64,000 bases of DNA from Macrostomum lignano. Its lineage: Eukaryota. The DNA is taken from assembly GCA_002269645.1 (NCBI GenBank), contig NIVC01001740.1, forward strand, positions 179,160-243,159. The letters are read 5' to 3'. Below the pieces are notes generated by a model, which saw nothing but the letters and a program-made list of their open reading frames with translations, made no database searches and was not told the DNA's origin. A program made the translations under genes and the position numbers. This document shows, piece by piece, positions 61,836 through 64,000 of this stretch; position 1 is the stretch's first letter, and every line of letters begins with the position of its first letter.

Positions 61836-64000
61836 ATGTTTCAAAGGATCTAAGGGATATAGGGTCAGTCAGAGACAGAGGCCAGAGTTTGCCAAAATAC
61901 AGACACTGCCTGACATTCTGCGTAGCACCCCAGCTTACAAAATCAAATGTTTTGCTCAAATCCTAATTTTACACAAATGTACTCGATTTTATGTTTATCT
62001 CTATCCTACTATAACTAGGCCTATTAACAAGTCTTGTTTGAGTATGGCCTCAGATTTCAGAATATATGCAAAAAAATTCTGGGGATTGGAATTGTCTAGG
62101 TTCAAAATCTAGGGTTTCAACAGCTTGTTCAATTTATAATTCAAGGTATATTTGTTATAGCAAAATATTGCAAATAAAACAAACTAAATTTAATTCAAAA
62201 AATAATCACACAACATACTTTGTAGATAAATGATCCTAATATGAAAAAAAACAATTTTTACTTGCTTTCAAATCATCTATAGCTGTCACATACCATTGTC
62301 CCACTCTCTAAACAACTTTTCTCCCTAGTAAACTTGAATTTGCTCTATAGGCCCCTATTATAGCCGTATCTAGGGCATACATTTAAAAATTGACAAAATC
62401 TCTAGTAGGCACTATATATAATGCATAGTGTGGCGGCTTAGACTACGCGACTGGCAGCACCAGTGCAGCCGCACTAGAAACCCCCCGCCAACCTCTGTCT
62501 AGCTGAGTGTGGGATGGTGGCGCACCGTGCTAGCCGCTCGCTAAGCCAAGGGGGTTGGCGTAGCCAATCACGCCATGCCACATGTGTGCACCTTCCTTGG
62601 CCCCTCAATAATCTCCGCGCTGTTTTCACTTGTATAAATATATGCGCAATGCAATGCAAAAATCTTTGCTGCCATTCTATCTATTTGAAACAAAAAGGCC
62701 TTCCGCCTCAATAGTCAGCATAGATGACATATTTTGAAGAGATTCATTTTGAAGAGACCAACCATCCCTGTAGCAGTTTAACAATGTTAATGAAGAGGTT
62801 GGTTGGGTTAGGCAACTCTCTACCCCACTCCTCTTTCTTCGGGTAGATAAACAGTTTTAGAAATAGAAAACTTTGTCTACTTAGCAGATGAACTGTCAGC
62901 AGAGGAAATGACTGGCACCCTATTGTCTATAGGCCTAATACTACTTATTATTTATATTAGGCTAAATATAATATATGCTACTAGCAAATTTATATACAAT
63001 ATATATAACCAAGCAAGAATAATAAAATATTTTTGCTACCAATTAGGCCTATATATAATAAATATTACTTACTAGGCCTAATAAAAGCATATAATTAACC
63101 ATTTTAAGAGAACATAGCATAGGCCTAATCGATCATTGATATTAATAATTTAATACTAGGCCTAGCCTAAAACACTTATATTAGGGCCTAGGGCTTATAA
63201 ACAGAGTCCCGAGGCAGATTAGAAATATAAAATGAGGGAGCAGAGCAGATTTTTAATTATGAGAGTAAGAGCACCATAATATATATGCCTACTGCTACAC
63301 TGCTACACAATGCACCATGACTGGTACTGGACTGACTGAGCTGAGTCTGAGTGTAGGTATTTATCCACGACCACAGTAAATCATACATTACATTATACAT
63401 ATCGTCGTATCGATTATGTCAATCCGTGTTGCTATCAGTATCACAAATGACCACTATAATTGAAACTTATCATGCCTATCACTATTCAGGTCAGGTCTTT
63501 TTTAACAATTGAAAAATGGATAATTCATTATACCGAACGGAGAAAGATTTTGGTTTGAAATTTAATTATTTATTAAATTAAAAATGTACAGGTCTAGTCT
63601 GCACTCAAACCCAGTTAAAATTAAATTATCTCTCTTTGATATAATAAATTTAATGTTATGTTGACTAGTTAATTCCAACTATATGCATATATTTTCTGAT
63701 AACATGCGTAGTGCTCTACATCGTACGTAATATGTAATTTTTTTAAATTTACCTTTTTCTACAAAGCTATATAGTCGACGTTAACGTTAGCGTTAGGCAT
63801 CAATTCGATTTACGGCAAACATTCCCTGAATTCGAAAAGGCTCAATCTAAAAGGCCTATCCAGTATACTATATAGCAAGTAGTATATTAAAGTAAGTTAT
63901 TTTTTTTTTAATTTTTTCTTTTTTCTACTTACATTTTCTCAGATACAAATGTGCGAATGATTACTTTACTGTTTACTTTTTATCTGATTATCTGAAACTG

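Overview
Repeat-rich animal genomic DNA with one assembly gap (N run 38922-39405). GC-rich low-complexity exons, many minisatellites and the gene content resemble the flatworm Macrostomum lignano; this is an inference from style only. Spliced gene models supported by phase-compatible splice sites: a TOM1-like VHS-GAT adaptor (minus, 3 exons, one GC-AG intron), a gamma-syntrophin (plus, 3 exons), a signal peptide + single-TM type I membrane protein (minus, 4 exons), a secreted PAN-like + fibrinogen-related (FReD) gene with a 1-nt frameshift (plus), a 2-exon disordered protein (plus), and two orphan exons (signal peptide + PAN; F-type lectin) linked by an identical 125-bp segment. Mobile DNA: a decayed Ty3/Gypsy gag-pol fragment, several RTE-like LINE fragments, a degenerate PHD-MULE transposase, two tRNA-derived SINE families (one with a MIR-like CORE domain) and five TIR-bounded MITEs. 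About 20 tandem arrays explain most of the long ORFs in the track. The most unusual signal is a set of 1-1.5 kb CpG-free, TAGGCCTA-rich zones just 5' of three intact genes. Repeat copies in these zones show CpA/TpG->TpA as well as CpG changes, a RIP-like or non-CpG-methylation-like mutational footprint. A second recurring pattern is tandem arrays whose units copy exon/intron junctions. All alignments and counts were made by eye; no database searches were run.
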